DNA of 64,000 nucleotides from Eledone cirrhosa (taxonomy: Eukaryota). The DNA lies in assembly GCA_964016885.1 (NCBI GenBank), contig OZ024755.1, positions 31,558,001-31,622,000 of the forward strand, read 5' to 3'. The notes under the pieces are model-generated. The model did not search any database, was not told the origin of the DNA, and worked only from the letters and a program-made list of their open reading frames with translations. Shown here piece after piece: positions 1 through 14,770 of the stretch. Position numbers and translations under genes: made by a program. How positions within the stretch are numbered: the stretch's first letter is position 1; each line of letters opens with the position of its first letter.

Positions 1-128
1 AAATTATTAATTACTAAGTTAGTAAATTAGCATCTAGCTGTTATACTAAATTATGTTTAAATTGGGTGTTTTTATTTGATGGGAGTGGAGGTGGTTTGGA
101 GCTGGGTTAAAATGAAGAAATGTGTCAC

Positions 129-285
129 CTGTTTTGTGTATTTCTCGACCATCTGGTTGACCTCGATTGGTCGACTGGCATCACTTCTTGGAGTGACGGA
201 ATTTTCTCCAGGTTTGTTCTTCAGGAGTCCAAGAAGAAGAGTGGCATCTGTCACATTCAAAGGAAGAGCAAGAGTCGAAGTTTCA
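129..285 (-). CDS. ZMYND8: ZMYND8 exon (ETSTLALP...[11 protein letters not shown])
   Basis: Pyrimidine tract + CTAG acceptor, GTGACA donor; 157 nt, phase 2-0. Confidence 0.8.
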
Positions 286-3200
286 CTAGAAAGAGAGAAA
301 ATAGACGACAAAAGAAATAAAATCATCAATATCACCATTACTACTGCCATCATGAGATAACAGTGATGAAATAACAGAAAACAGGAGATAACAGTGATGA
401 AATAACAGAAAAAAGGAGATAACAGTGATGAAATAACAGAAAACAAGAGATAACAGTGATGAAATAACAGAAAACAGGAGATAACAGTGATGAAATAACA
501 GAAAACAGGAGATAACAGTGATGAAATAACAGAAAACAAGAGATAACAGTGATGAAATAACAGAAAACGAGATAACAGTGATGAAATAACAGAAAACAAG
601 AGATAACAGTGATGAAATAACAGAAAACAAGAGATAACAGTGATGAAATAACAGAAAACAAGAGATAACAGTGATGAAATAACAGAAAACGAGATAACAG
701 TGATGAAATAACAGAAAACAAGAGATAACAGTGATGAAATAACAGAAAACAAGAGATAACAGTGATGAAATAACAGAAAACAAGAGATAACAGTGATGAA
801 ATAACAGAAAACGAGATAACAGTGATGAAATAACAGAAAACAAGAGATAACAGTGATGAAATAACAGAAAACAGGAGATAACAGTGATGAAATAACAGAA
901 AACAGGAGATAACAGTGATGAAATAACAGAAAACAAGAGATAACAGTGATGAAATAACAGAAAACAAGAGATAACAGTGATGAAATAACAGAAAACGAGA
1001 TAACAGTGATGAAATAACAGAAAACAAGAGATAACAGTGATGAAATAACAGAAAACAAGAGATAACAGTGATGAAATAACAGAAAACAGGAGATAACAGT
1101 AATGAAATAACAGAAAGAAAAAACATACTCTGTAGTAGATTTGACATCAACATTTTTATTTACTGCAGAAGTTGATGTCTTGGTAGCAGGTTTCCTGCCA
1201 GTGTTACGTACATTGCCTGAACTAGGATTTAAACCGGGATCAAAGATCTGTAAGTCAACGGAAGATTTATCTATTATTTGGTGATTCACCAATGGTAGAG
1301 TCACCTGTTTCTGTACTTTAGGAAGAGGTCGGAATGCCGACATTTGAGAGTCAGAAAGGCTGCGAAAGCTGGTGTTTTTCTTTGGTGGGGATGACAATAT
1401 AAAAGATAGCTGGTTGTTGTTTACTGCTATTGGTAAATTACTGACTGTCGAACCTGACTTATCTGAAATAGAGAGGGTGTGTATATTATATAGCAGGGTC
1501 AGTGTATACAGAAGAACTATCAAAAACTGGAAATATATATAGCATGGCCAATGTATATAGCATGGATAGTGTATATAAAAGTATATTTAACATCCGTATA
1601 TATAAGGTGGTAGTGCTGGTACCATGATAAAATACACCCAATACACTCTGTAAAGCGATAGTGCTGGTGCTGTAATAAGATGCACCCAATACATTCTGTA
1701 AAATGGTACTGATGGGGCTACAATACACCCAATACATCCCATAAAGAGTTAGTGCTGGTGCCATAATAAAATGCACCTTGTAGACTGTGTAAAGTGGTAG
1801 TGCTGGTGCCATAATAAAATGCACCTTGTAGACTGTGTAAAGTGGTAGTGCTGGTGCCATAATAAAATGCACCTTGTAGACTGTGTAAAGTGGTAGTGCT
1901 GGTGCCATAATAAAATGCACCTTGTAGACTGTGTAAAGTGGTAGTGCTGGTGCCATAATAAAATGCACCTTGTAGACTGTGTAAAGTGGTAGTGCTGGTG
2001 CCATAATAAAATGCACCTTGTAGACTGTGTAAAGAGGTAGTGCTGGTGCCATAATAAAATGCACCTTGTAGACTGTGTAAAGTGGTAGTGCTGGTGCCAT
2101 AATAAAATGCACCTTGTAGACTGTGTAAAGTGGTAGTGCTGGTGCCATAATAAAATGCACCTTGTAGACTGTGTAAAGTAGTAGTGCTGGTGCCATAATA
2201 AAATGCACCTTGTAGACTGTGTAAAGAGGTAGTGCTGGTGCCATAATAAAATGCACCATGTAGACTGTGTAAAGTGGTAGTGATGGTGCCATAATAAAAT
2301 GCACCTTGTAGACTGTGTAAAGTGGTAGTGCTGGTGCCATAATAAAATGCACCTTGTAGACTGTGTAAAGTGGTAGTGCTGGTGCCATAATAAAATGCAC
2401 CTTGTAGACTGTGTAAAGTGGTAGTGCTGGTGCCATAATAAAATGCACCATGTAGACTGTGTAAAGTGGTAGTGCTGGTGCCATAATAAAATGCACCTTG
2501 TAGACTGTGTAAAGTGGTAGTGCTGGTGCCATAATAAAATGCACCTTGTAGACTGTGTAAAGTGGTAGTGCTGGTGCCATAATAAAATGCACCTTGTAGA
2601 CTGTGTAAAGTGGTAGTGCTGGTGCCATAATAAAATGCACCATGTAGACTGTGTAAAGTGGTAGTGCTGGTGCCATAATAAAATGCACCTTGTAGACTGT
2701 GTAAAGTGGTAGTGCTGGTGCCATAATAAAATGCACCTTGTAGACTGTGTAAAGTGGTAGTGCTGGTGCCATAATAAAATGCACCATGTAGACTGTGTAA
2801 AGTGGTAGTGCTGGTGCCATAATAAAATGCACCTTGTAGACTGTGTAAAGTGGTAGTGCTGGTGCCATAATAAAATGCACCTTGTAGACTGTGTAAAGTG
2901 GTAGTGCTGGTGCCATAATAAAATGCACCATGTAGACTGTGTAAAGTGGTAGTGCTGGTGCCATAATAAAATGCACCTTGTAGACTGTGTAAAGAGGTAG
3001 TGCTGGTGCCATAATAAAATGCACCTTGTAGACTGTGTAAAGTGGTAGTGCTGCTGCCATAATAAAATGCACTTTGTAGACTGTGTAAAGTGGTAGTGCT
3101 GGTGCCATAATAAAATGCACCTTGTAGACTGTGTAAAGTGGTAGTGCTGCTGCCATAATAAAATGCACTTTGTAGACTGTGTAAAGTGGTAGTGCTGGTG

Positions 3201-6200
3201 CCATAATAAAATGCACCTTGTAGACTGTGTAAAGTGGTAGTGCTGGTGCCATAATAAAATGCACCTTGTAGACTGTGTAAAGTGGTAGTGCTTGTACTAC
3301 AATAAAAAAACACCCAATCCAGCCTGCCAAATGGTAGTGGCAGTGCCAAGATAAAAAGCACCCAGTAGATGCTGTGAAGTGGTTGGTGTTAGGAAGAGCT
3401 ACCAGTCATAAAAACCAGGCCAAACTGGATATATGAGTGAAACAGACATCTAACATGTTTAGCATCAGAACATGATAACCTGTCAGACATGTGCAAATAG
3501 GGAAAATGGATGATGATGATGATAGTCAGTGTATATAGCAATATATATATATACAACATGGTCAGTGTATATAGCCATGTGTTTAACAGTTATGACTGAC
3601 CATAGGTTTACATGTGAAAAGTTCTTCTCGAAGGTATTTGTGGGGAGGTTTGTGGAAGCCCAGCAAGCAGGACAGTAGAAATCAGGCCAAAACCAGAACA
3701 TGTGGCCCCCGACATGTAGCTGAAATTAAATACTAAGTTGGTCTATGATAACCCATGCAACCCATGCCAGCATTGAAAAATGGACATTAAATGAGAGAGA
3801 TGTAGACATTCTTTCAGATACGTATATAGACAAACAGAACCACACAAAGTCACACAGCCATTTACACATCATCATCATTTTACGTCCGCTTTTCCCTGCT
3901 TGCAAGGGTGAGACGGGAACTGATTCTGGCTTGATTTCTACAGCTGGATGCCCTTCCTAACACCAACCTCATTTACAGTGAGTGCTGGGTGCTTTTTTGT
4001 CGTGGCACCTCCACAACCACTTTGCAGTGGAATGATATGGACCCCAGTCCCTATCATCTCATTTCTACAGCTGAGTAAACTGGAGCAATGTGAAATAAAG
4101 TGTCTTGCTCAAGGAAACAACACATCACCCGGTCTGAGAATTGAACTCACAACCTTTCGATTGCAAGGCCAATGCTCTAACCGCTAAGCCATGTGCCTCC
4201 ACACAAATATCAAATTACATTTTCACAGGAAAGCAAATAGAGAAATATTTCAAACTTAGAATTCTATGTACCTTTTCTTTGATTGATTGTATTTTCATTG
4301 TTTTTTAACAAATTGCCGTCCACTCCAGGGCTGGCCTTCAAAATTCTTCCAGCTTTTGTATAAACATGGCTGACATTTGTGTCATGACTTGGCTTTGGTG
4401 CCAAATTAACGTATGTCTTCATATGTGATGTTATTAGGTTTTTATCCAGAGGTGACTCCACCTCTTGTTTGATTTGATGTTGTTGAATCAGCTTCCTTTT
4501 TGGCATTAAAGGCATCTGAGGAACTGTTTGAGATTCAGATCTTTCCAATTCAAGACCAGGTTCTGTTTTGATGGATTTTAATCGGTTTCTTATTCCATTT
4601 GCAAATACTTTATCCTCAATTTCACCAACACTTTCCATACACACTTTCACAGGATTCTTCTCAGAAGATAAATCAGAGTCAGTACTGGGAAAGAAAACAC
4701 CAGGACAGGCTCGCTTCTTAGGCAGTATTGATGAACTATAGGATCTTCGGATTGGTTTTGTTGGTGCTTTACTTGCTGTAGGCTTTGTCGTCAGTGTTGT
4801 GGTGGGTTTTGTTAGTGTTGTGATGGCAGTTGTTGTAGAGTTAAATGAAGTTGTTATTGTGGTCGTTGTTCCAACAACAGCAGAGGTAGCTGCTGTTGTA
4901 GTTGTGGTAGATGAGGGGTGAGGTGAGAGGGAAGTAAATGACTGCGAGGAGGTGGGAAATGCTGATGTTGTAGATGATGATGATGATGAGGAGGACGACG
5001 ACGACGAGGAGGAAGAAGAAGCTATGGAAGCTGACAATGAAGAACTGAGTGCAGTTGACTGCAAAGTTTGAGTTGGTTGTGTGGCAGTTGCAGTAGATGT
5101 CAGCTGTAACATTTTCATCATTGCACCACGCCGTGTTGTTATGATACTGCTGTATTTGTTTTTCACAGCGGAAGCAGTCTTTGTAATCACAGATACCTTT
5201 TCACAGACCTTACTCTCAGAAGATATGTTCTTACTATTTGCAGATTTACTGCAATTTAGGGAACTGCTGTTCTTTTTAACATTGATTTTGGAACTTTCCG
5301 GACTTTTAGTTCTTTTTGGAGAAGGATGCAACTTTAATGATTTAAGTTTTGAAGACTTTGCATTCTTGATGTATGGACTGTTCTTGTCATAGAGTGAACG
5401 GAATGGAAAATATTCAAAATTTCCAAACTTTTGTCTAAAAGAGAAACAAAAAGACACAATAAAGTAAAATGATAAATAATAAAATTTCTATTAAATGTGT
5501 ATACGAGAAGAGTTTTAAGGCCAGTTTCTCTGTTTACTTTTAACACCCTGTAGCCCATGAATAAGACATTCTTAAAAAAGTAGAAAGTAACATGTGACTG
5601 TATCACATTAAACATTAAAGTTGTTGGTTCACAACAATCTGTTCTGAAATAAAGATACTATAAACATTTTAATTAACAAACCTGTTTTTACATATATTCT
5701 ACTAAATCATTACAGGATGTTAATCACCTTACAAATTACCATAACTCACACCTATGTAGGGTTAACTGATCTCCTATGAGGGTACATCTCATAAGAGTCC
5801 CAGACCGATCATGAAAAGACTTTTTCCAGGACACCAATCTGCTGGTACTCTGTTTTTCAGCTGAGTAGACTGGAACAATGTGAAATGAAGTGTCTTGCTC
5901 AAAAACACCATGCAGCACCAGGTAAAAGAATTGAACCTATAACCATATGATTATGAGTGTGACACTCAAACCACAGAAGATTAGTTTTCCTCATGTTACA
6001 CTTCTCCAGACTGACAGCCTTAACATGACATACATTGCAGTAACCATTAAATAAACAGTATTAACTGTCAACATATATTAACATGGCTGAGTGGTTAGAG
6101 AATTAGATTCGCAATCGTAAGGTTGTGAGTTCGATTCCTGGACCAGGTGATGTGTTATGTCCTTGAGCAAGACACTTTATTTCACGTTGCTCCTTCTACC

Positions 6201-9200
6201 TGGAGTTACGACCGATAGATAGTATTAGCAATTGGAAAGACCAACGGAAACATTGTTCCCTCAGTCCGATTTGACGATAAAGTCGATCGTTCCTTTTAGT
6301 CCTGGGTATGACATTAAACTACATCCAGTGGCAAGGCTCCAGTTCGGGAGTTCAGGAGTTGTGGGGAATGTGGAGTTACCCGTTAGTTGTCATGACTCCC
6401 AGGTCTGCTCTGGCCCGGGGTGGTAGTACCTGTTAGGGCTCCATTTATGGGTTAAATAACTACCTTATTCGAGTGGCGCCGGTAAGGTATTGTCAGCCAT
6501 TGAAAAGAAATATGGAGAGTCGATCTAACAGCACTAGGGTTAGAGCCCCTAATTACACTGTTGGACACGCAGGACATGGCAGCGATAATGAGGGACAGAG
6601 ACCGCTGGAGAGAACTCGTCCATGGATCTCGGTAATTTTATCCGCCTGAGATATATTAACATATATTAACTATCATATCATCATCATCATCATTTTACGT
6701 CTGCTTTTCCCTACTTGCAAGGGTGGGATGGGTCCTTTTCAGCACAGCATCTCTCCATTTGTCATGGTCCTTCATCTCCTCCGTGAGCTTCAGCAATCTG
6801 AGGTGAGTTCGCACCACCTCCGCCCAAGTTTTTCCTGGTCTTCCTTCCACTGGGATTTCTTGGCACTTCTTTACCCAGTGGTCATCCTCCATGCGCATCA
6901 CATGTCCATACCAACGCAGTCTTCGCTCCCACACACCACAACTTATCCTCTTATACAGTTTCTCTCTCACCTCATCTTTGCTTGGTCGTTCACGCACATC
7001 CAACGGAACATGCTTGCTTCATTTCTCTCCAGCCGTCGCATATCCTCCGCAGTTACTGCCCATGTCTCACTACCATGCAGAATCGCGCATCTCACACAGG
7101 CATCATATAACTGGCCTTTCGTACGCAGGGAGAAACCCTTCTTTGTCAACAGAGGAAGCAGCTCCCTAAATTTCTTCCAACCCGTCCTTATTCAAGATAC
7201 TATGACATTGGAACACCCTCCTCCCTTGCTAATCTGATCACCTAGGTATTGGAAGCTATCAACCACCTCTATAGATCCTACCCGCTTTTGAAAAATGTGT
7301 TTATCACTGCAACTCCTACTGACAAATTTCCTTGAACATCTACTGCAAACCTAGTTTTCCCTTCCTGTTAGTTTGCCTGTTACCCCTGTACTCCTCTTGT
7401 GTACCAAAGATCTGCATTGTTTACATTCTATAGAATTTATGCCAGCTCCTTTTCTACATATCAAACATGGCCATTTACCTGATGGAAACAGAATTTTGTC
7501 CTCTTTTTTTTTTATATTACATATTTATATATTAACTGTCAACATATATATTAACATATATTAACATATATTAACTGCCAACATATATTAACATATATTA
7601 ACTGTCAACATATATATTAACATATATTAACTGCCAACATATATTAACATATATTAACTGCCAACATATATTAACATATATTAACATATATTAACTGTCA
7701 ACATATATTAACATATATTAACTGTCAACATATATTAACATATATTAACTGCCAACATATATTAACATATATTAACATATATTAACTGCCAACATATATT
7801 AACATATATTAACTGCCAACATATATTAACATATATTAACTGTGCCATCATTGCGAGAACTCTTCAGTTATGTCAGACATGACAACTACTCTAGTGCTGG
7901 TAGCATGATAAAGCGCACCCAGTAGACTCTGTAAAGTAGTTGGTGTTAAGAAAGGCATCCAACCATATAAACGATGCCATTTAAAATGTGTCCCTCTTAT
8001 CAGTTAGTAGGAGACTGTGACATCCTATCCAAAGCATGAAAAGCTGACATAAAATGATGGTATTGGTGTTAGTGATGATGGTGATGATGATGATGGTGAT
8101 GATGATGACAACAGTGGTGATAGTGATGATGATGACAATGATGATGATGATGGCGGTGATGGTGACAATGATGAAAGTGGTGGTGATGACAATGATAGTA
8201 GTGGTGGTGACAATGATGATAGTGGTGGTGACAATGATGATAGTGGTGGTGATGACAATGATGATAGTGGTGGTGATGACAATGATGATAGTAATGGTGA
8301 TGACAACGATAGTAGTGGTGATGACAATGATGACAATGATAGTAGTGGTGATGACAATGATGACAATGATAGTAGCGGTGGTGATGAATTTTGCCTCTGA
8401 CGGCAAAAGACCTGGAAAACTAAATTATTTCATCAAGAAACAAACCTGTATTTTTCAATGTATGTTTTAAGTTCAGTCATGGAATGGTCAAAACCACTTC
8501 TTTTGGACTTCATCACTGTGGGGCAATCTTTGGAATAAAGGTACACCTGAGAGACAGGTACCCAGGATCTAGAAGAAGAGAGAATTCACCTGATGAAGGT
8601 GCATAAAGAATTGAAGATGCTAAAAGACTGTATGGTTAATATGGTGGCGGTGTTGCTGGTACCACAATAAATTACACCCAGTACACTCTGTAAAGTGGTA
8701 GTGATGGTTCCATAATAAAATACACCCACTACTCTCTGTAAAGTGGTGGTGCTGGTACCACAATAAATTACACCCAGTACACTTTGTAAAGTGGCAGTAT
8801 TGGTACCACAATAAAATACACCCAGCACACCCTGTAAAGTGGTAGTGATGGTTCCATAATAAAATACACCCAGTACACTCTGTAAAGTGGTAGTGATGGT
8901 TCCATAATAAAATACACCCAGTACACTCTGTAAAGTGGTAGTGATGGTTCCATCATAAAATATACCCAGTACACTCTGTAAAGTGGTGGTGCTGGTGTCA
9001 TGATAAAATACACCCAGTACACTTTGTAAAGTGGCAGTATTGGTACCACAATAAAATACACCCAGCACACTCTGTAAAGTGGTAGTGATGGTTCCATGAT
9101 AAAATACACCCAGTACACTCTGTAAAGTGGTAGTGATGGTTCCATCATAAAATACACCCAGTGCACTCTGTAAAATGGTAGTTCTGGTGTCATGATAAAA

Positions 9201-12200
9201 TACACCCAGTACACTCCTTAAAGTGGTAGTGCTGGTGTCATGATAAAATACACCCAGTACACCCCTTAAAGTGGTGGTGCTGGTGTCATGATAAAATACA
9301 CCCAGTACACTCTGTAAAATGGTAGTTCTGGTGTCATGATAAAATACACCCAGTACACCCCTTAAAGTGGTGGTGCTGGTGTCATGATAAAATACACCCA
9401 GTACACCCCTTAAAGTGGTGGTGCTGGTGTCATGATAAAATACACCCAGTACACTCTGTAAAATGGTAGTTCTGGTGTCATGATAAAATACACCCAGTAC
9501 ACTCCTTAAAGTGGTAGTGTTGGTGGTGCTTCCTCCCACAGAGGCAACAAACACTACCCCACATATCATGACATAGTTCAGACATAACTTGTTCTCTCTC
9601 CATTGAAATATTGTAGTTGTTAGACATGGCAATATTGGAAACAAACTCTTTAAGTTAAAGTATTTGTTAAAAATAATGGTTTCTGATTTAAGCACAAGGC
9701 CAGCAATTTGGGGAGAGTTGATTAAATTGACCTCAGTGCATTACTGGTACTTTAATTCATCGACCTCGTAAGGATGAAAGGCAAAGTTAACTTCAGCAGG
9801 ATTTGAAGTTAGAATACAAAGGGCCGTAACTCTGTGCCCCAAAGCATGTCCGATGCTCTTGCAATACTGCCAATCCACTGCTGCAATAACAATTTGATTC
9901 TACTGTTGACACATGGTCAGCAATTTAAAGGGAAGGGGCAACTCAATTAAATCAACCCCAGTGTATTACTGGTGCTTTATTTTGTTGATCCAGTAAGGAT
10001 GAAAGGTAAAGTTGTCCTCAATAGGATTTGAACACAGAATACCATGAGGTATTTTGTGCAACACTCTATCAATTCTGCCAATCTACCGTACTTCTGATAA
10101 TAATATAATACCTCAACATCATAATTGCTTACAGCAGTGAACTGCATCACTGAAAATTACAAAATGATATACGTCTTAACCGTTTCATTACCATATTTCT
10201 AATGAAAGACACTATGTCATTAACCCTTTCATTACTATATTTCTAATGAAAGACACTGTCTATGTCATTAACCCTTTCATTACTATATTTCTAATGGAGG
10301 ACACTGTCTATGTCATTAACACTTTCATTACCATATTTCTAATGAAAGACACTGTCTATGTCTTTAACCCTTTCATTATCATATTTCTAATGAAAGACAC
10401 TGTCTATGTCTTTAACCCTTTCATTATCTTATTTCTAATGAAAGACACTGTCTATGATTTTCAAATTAGTTTGAAAATAATCAAGAATTTGGAAGGATTT
10501 ACTAACATAACTGAATTTTTCATTATTAAGCTGGTGTTAAGAGCATAACATACTGAAAGTTTTTATGTAAAATTATGATGGAAGGCTTTTAGATAAATAT
10601 GGACCTTTTAAAACAGTTTTACAACACAGAACCATGAGTTGTTTCAGGCTGTTTCGTAATGAAACAGTTTAAGTTATTCATAATAATATCTTAATAATAG
10701 AATCTTACCGATCATGAGCACCAAAGAATCGTACATCCACCATGCCATTTTTTTCACGCAATGCCTGATTAAAAGAAACCACACAGTACTGTAGATTATA
10801 TATATATACAGGGTATCTCCAAAAAATGTGTACACACTGTAGGTACCACAACATCCAGTCCAAAATAAATGAGGTCGTGTAGGTGTCACGACAAAAAACA
10901 CAGTCCACACTGTAATGTGGCCGTGTAGGTAACACGGTAAAAACCTCCCAGTCCACATTGTAAATGCGGTTGGTGTTAGGAAGGGCATCCAGCCGTAGAA
11001 AACCTGCCAGACAGTCCTATACGAGCGAGTCACGGTCACCCGACCAGTCTTGCCTCAAGTGGGACAATTCCCGTCTAAACCCATGCTAGCGTGGAAGATA
11101 GATGTTAAATGATGATGATGACTTCAACAACATCCTAACAAATATTGCCTGTAGAGGTAATCAAAGTGTGTATACATTTTGGGGGGACACCCTATATATA
11201 TATATATATCATTTCATTTTCATTTCATTTCACGTCCGCTTTTTCCCTGCTTGCAAGGGTGGGACGGGAACTGATTCTGGCTTGATTTCTACAGCTGGAT
11301 GCCCTTCCTAACACCAACCTCATTTACAGTGAGTGCTGGGTACTTTTTTGCCGTGGCACCTACACGACCACTTTGCAGTGGAATGATAAGGACCCCAGTC
11401 CCTATCATCTCATTTCTACAGCTGAGTAAACTGGAGCAATGTGAAATAAAGTGTCTTGCTCAAGGAAACAACACATCACCCGGTCTGAGAATTGAACTCA
11501 CAACCTTTAGATTGCAAGGCCAATGCTCTAACCACTAAGCCATGTGCCTCCATATATAAAATTATTTGTCCTTCTGTCAGTCCTTTCCTTATGCATTCCC
11601 AAACAGCCCAACAAATTCAAATCAAATTTTACCAGGCAATAGAGTGACAACATACATATTTTCTAATTTTATAACATCAAAGAAGAAGAAAAACAGTCGT
11701 CTCTCTTGTATAACTATATCTGATTCCGCTTATATCCAGTTTTTCTTGCAGCTCACCCATGCTTTGTTGTACACGCACATTAACATTGCCCATCCATCGG
11801 AGCATTCTGTCTAACCTATACAACTCCATTGCATTGGCCAAATCTCACTAACACTACATGCCACACACATCATACTGCCAGCCTTTTGTAGAGAAAATAC
11901 CTTTTGTTGTCCACATAGGTAGAAGCTCCCTCAACATTTTCCAGTTCTCAACCCAGCTACTATATTCTTAGTGCAGCTTCTTTCCCAACTAATTTTATCA
12001 CCTAAGTTAAAGAAGCTATCAACTACTTGTATGGAGCCTTCTTGAGATTGGAACATGTTTATTTTACTTGTGTTCTGACTACTAGATATCCATTGTGTAT
12101 CTGCCATATACAAAGTTTACCTTTTTCTGTTAGTCTGCCTGCTTCCCATTACACCTATTGTGTATCTAACAGGTGACTCCATCAGTGATTCATAAGTCAC

Positions 12201-14722
12201 CAAATATTAGTTTTATATTAAATTAATTATTTCAATAAAGGTCTAAAGGAAACATTATTTTAGAAGCTGTTAATATTTGAAAAACTCTTACAAATATTGA
12301 AAAAATATTTTGAAACAAAAAAAAACATTTGTTGGAGAAAAAAAGAGAATACATGTAGAAAATATATAAATATATGAAGGGTAAAGTGTGGTTGGTAGTG
12401 TAGCTGGTAGTGTGGTTGGTAGTGTGGTTGGTAGTGTAGTTGGTAGTGTGGTTGGTAGTGTGGTTGGTAGTGTGGTTGGTAGTGTGGTTGGTAGTGTGGT
12501 TGGTAGTGTAGTTGGTAGTGTGGTTGGTAGTGTGGTTGGTAGTGTGGTTGGTAGTGTAGTTGGTAGTGTGGTTGGTAGTGTGGTTGGTAGTGTAGTTGGT
12601 AGTGTGGTTGGTAGTGTGGTTGGTAGTGTAGTTGGTAGTGTGGTTGGTAGTGTGGTTGGTAGTGTGGTTGGTAGTGTAGTTGGTAGTGTAGTTGGTAGTG
12701 TGGTTGGTAGTGTAGTTGGTAGTGTAGTTGGTAGTGTGGTTGGTAGTGTGGTTGGTAGTGTGGTTGGTAGTGTAGTTGGTAGTGTGGTTGGTAGTGTGGT
12801 TGGTAGTGTGGTTGGTAGTGTGGTTGGTAGTGTGGTTGGTAGTGTAGTTGGTAGTGTGGTTGGTAGTGTGGTTGGTAGTGTGGTTGGTAGTGTGGTTGGT
12901 AGTGTGGTTGGTAGTGTGGTTGGTAGTGTAGTTGGTAGTGTGGTTGGTAGTGTGGTTGGTAGTGTGGTTGGTAGTGTAGTTGGTAGTGTGGTTGGTAGTG
13001 TAGTTGGTAGAGTGGTTGGTAGTGTAGTTGGTAGTGTGGTTGGTAGTGTAGTTGGTAGTGTAGTTGGTAGTGTGGTTGGTAGTGTAGTTGGTAGTGTAGT
13101 TGGTAGTGTGGTTGGTAGTGTAGTTGGTAGTGTGGTTGGTAGTGTGGTTGGTAGTGTAGTTGGTAGTGTAGTTGGTAGTGTGGTTGGTAGTGTAGTTGGT
13201 AGTGTGGTTGGTAGTGTAGTTGGTAGTGTAGTTGGTAGTGTGGTTGGTAGTGTAGTTGGTAGTGTGGTTGGTAGTGTAGTTGGTAGTGTGGTTGGTAGTG
13301 TAGTTGGTAGTGTAGTTGGTAGTGTGGTTGGTAGTGTGGTTGGTAGTGTGGTTGGTAGTGTGGTTGGTAGTGTAGTTGGTAGTGTGGTTGGTAGTGTGGT
13401 TGGTAGTGTAGTTGGTAGTGTAGTTGGTAGTGTGGTTGGTAGTGTAGTTGGTAGTGTGGTTGGTAGTGTGGTTGGTAGTGTGGTTGGTAGTGTGGTTGGT
13501 AGTGTAGTTGGTAGTGTGGTTGGTAGTGTGGTTGGTAGTGTGGTTGGTAGTGTGGTTGGTAGTGTGGTTGGTAGTATGGTTGGTAGTGTAGTTGGTAGTG
13601 TGGTTGGTAGTATGGTTGTTAAGTAAGCTGTTCGTTAATGTGAGAAGTGTGCAACCATAATATAATCACAGTAAGTTAACATAAAGACACAGGAAGAAAC
13701 TATAAACAGAACAATAAAATACTTACTTTTGCCGGCCAAAATGGGTACCCTTTTAATTTTGCCCAAACAATTTGATGTGGATTGCTCTAAGAAGAAGAAG
13801 AAAAGAGAAATAGCAATTAAAATAGAAGATAACGAAGAAATTAATAAAATTTAATCACTACTGTACTGTTATTCTCTCTAAAATGATAAAATGTAATTTA
13901 ACAGGAGTACAACATTTCCTGGTTCAACAATATAACTTGAGAATCTCCAAATCACAGATGGGTTATGAGAGAAAAAGTAAGTATAAAAGGAATGAGATGT
14001 TGTGTGTAAGAGAGAAGACTGACTGGCCTTGTGATGTCAATGGAAGATGATTGTTGGGTAAAGAAGTGCCTGGAGTTCCCAGTAGAAGGAAGTTGCAGGA
14101 GAGGCAGACATAGGCAAAAAGAAGAACTGGTATAAAAGGAATCTGATGTGGTATGCAAAAGATATGACTGTGCTGGCACGAACATGTGATGTGTATCAAT
14201 GATGATCATTGGGTGAAAAAGTGCGAGGAGTTCCTAGTGGAGGGAAACTGTGCTGGACACATTCAACCCATGCAAACATGGAAAGGTGGCCGAAAAAAAT
14301 TAGGATGATAATACAAGCTTCTAAATTACAGATGTTATTAGTGAGGAAGATATGAACTATTTATACAGGGTCAGAGAACTAGGAAGATATATGGTACTTA
14401 CACAGGGTTCACAGAACCATTCATCATTTGATTGTTCACATGATCTAGCATAACAGTCAGGACATATTTCAATCTCTGCCATCTTGAAAAAACAAGAAAA
14501 TATAGGTACATATATATATATATAAGTATATATATTATATATATATATAAGTATATATAGTATATATATATAGGAAAAGGTATGACCCCGACGGCAGAGC
14601 TCAAGCCATTTCGAAGGCTATTTCTGGAGTACTCTGGTGTGTTATGGTCCATCTGGTTCCTTACCACAATTCCTTTGTTATAGTATATATATATATATAT
14701 AAAGAGAGAGAGAGTATAAAGA

Positions 14723-14770
<48 letters not shown>

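Noticed and set aside
1486-3361. 614-aa and 547-aa repetitive ORFs
   Set aside because: Artefacts of a 48-bp intronic minisatellite derived from a SINE.
4130-4200. tRNA-like sequence with TTGCAAT anticodon-like loop (and copies)
   Set aside because: Head of a repeated SINE continuing into CORE-like and LINE-tail sequence; no proper acceptor stem.
12388-13626. (VVGS)n ORF resembling a structural protein
   Set aside because: 12-bp minisatellite antisense within a ZMYND8 intron; no real start codon or flanking domains.
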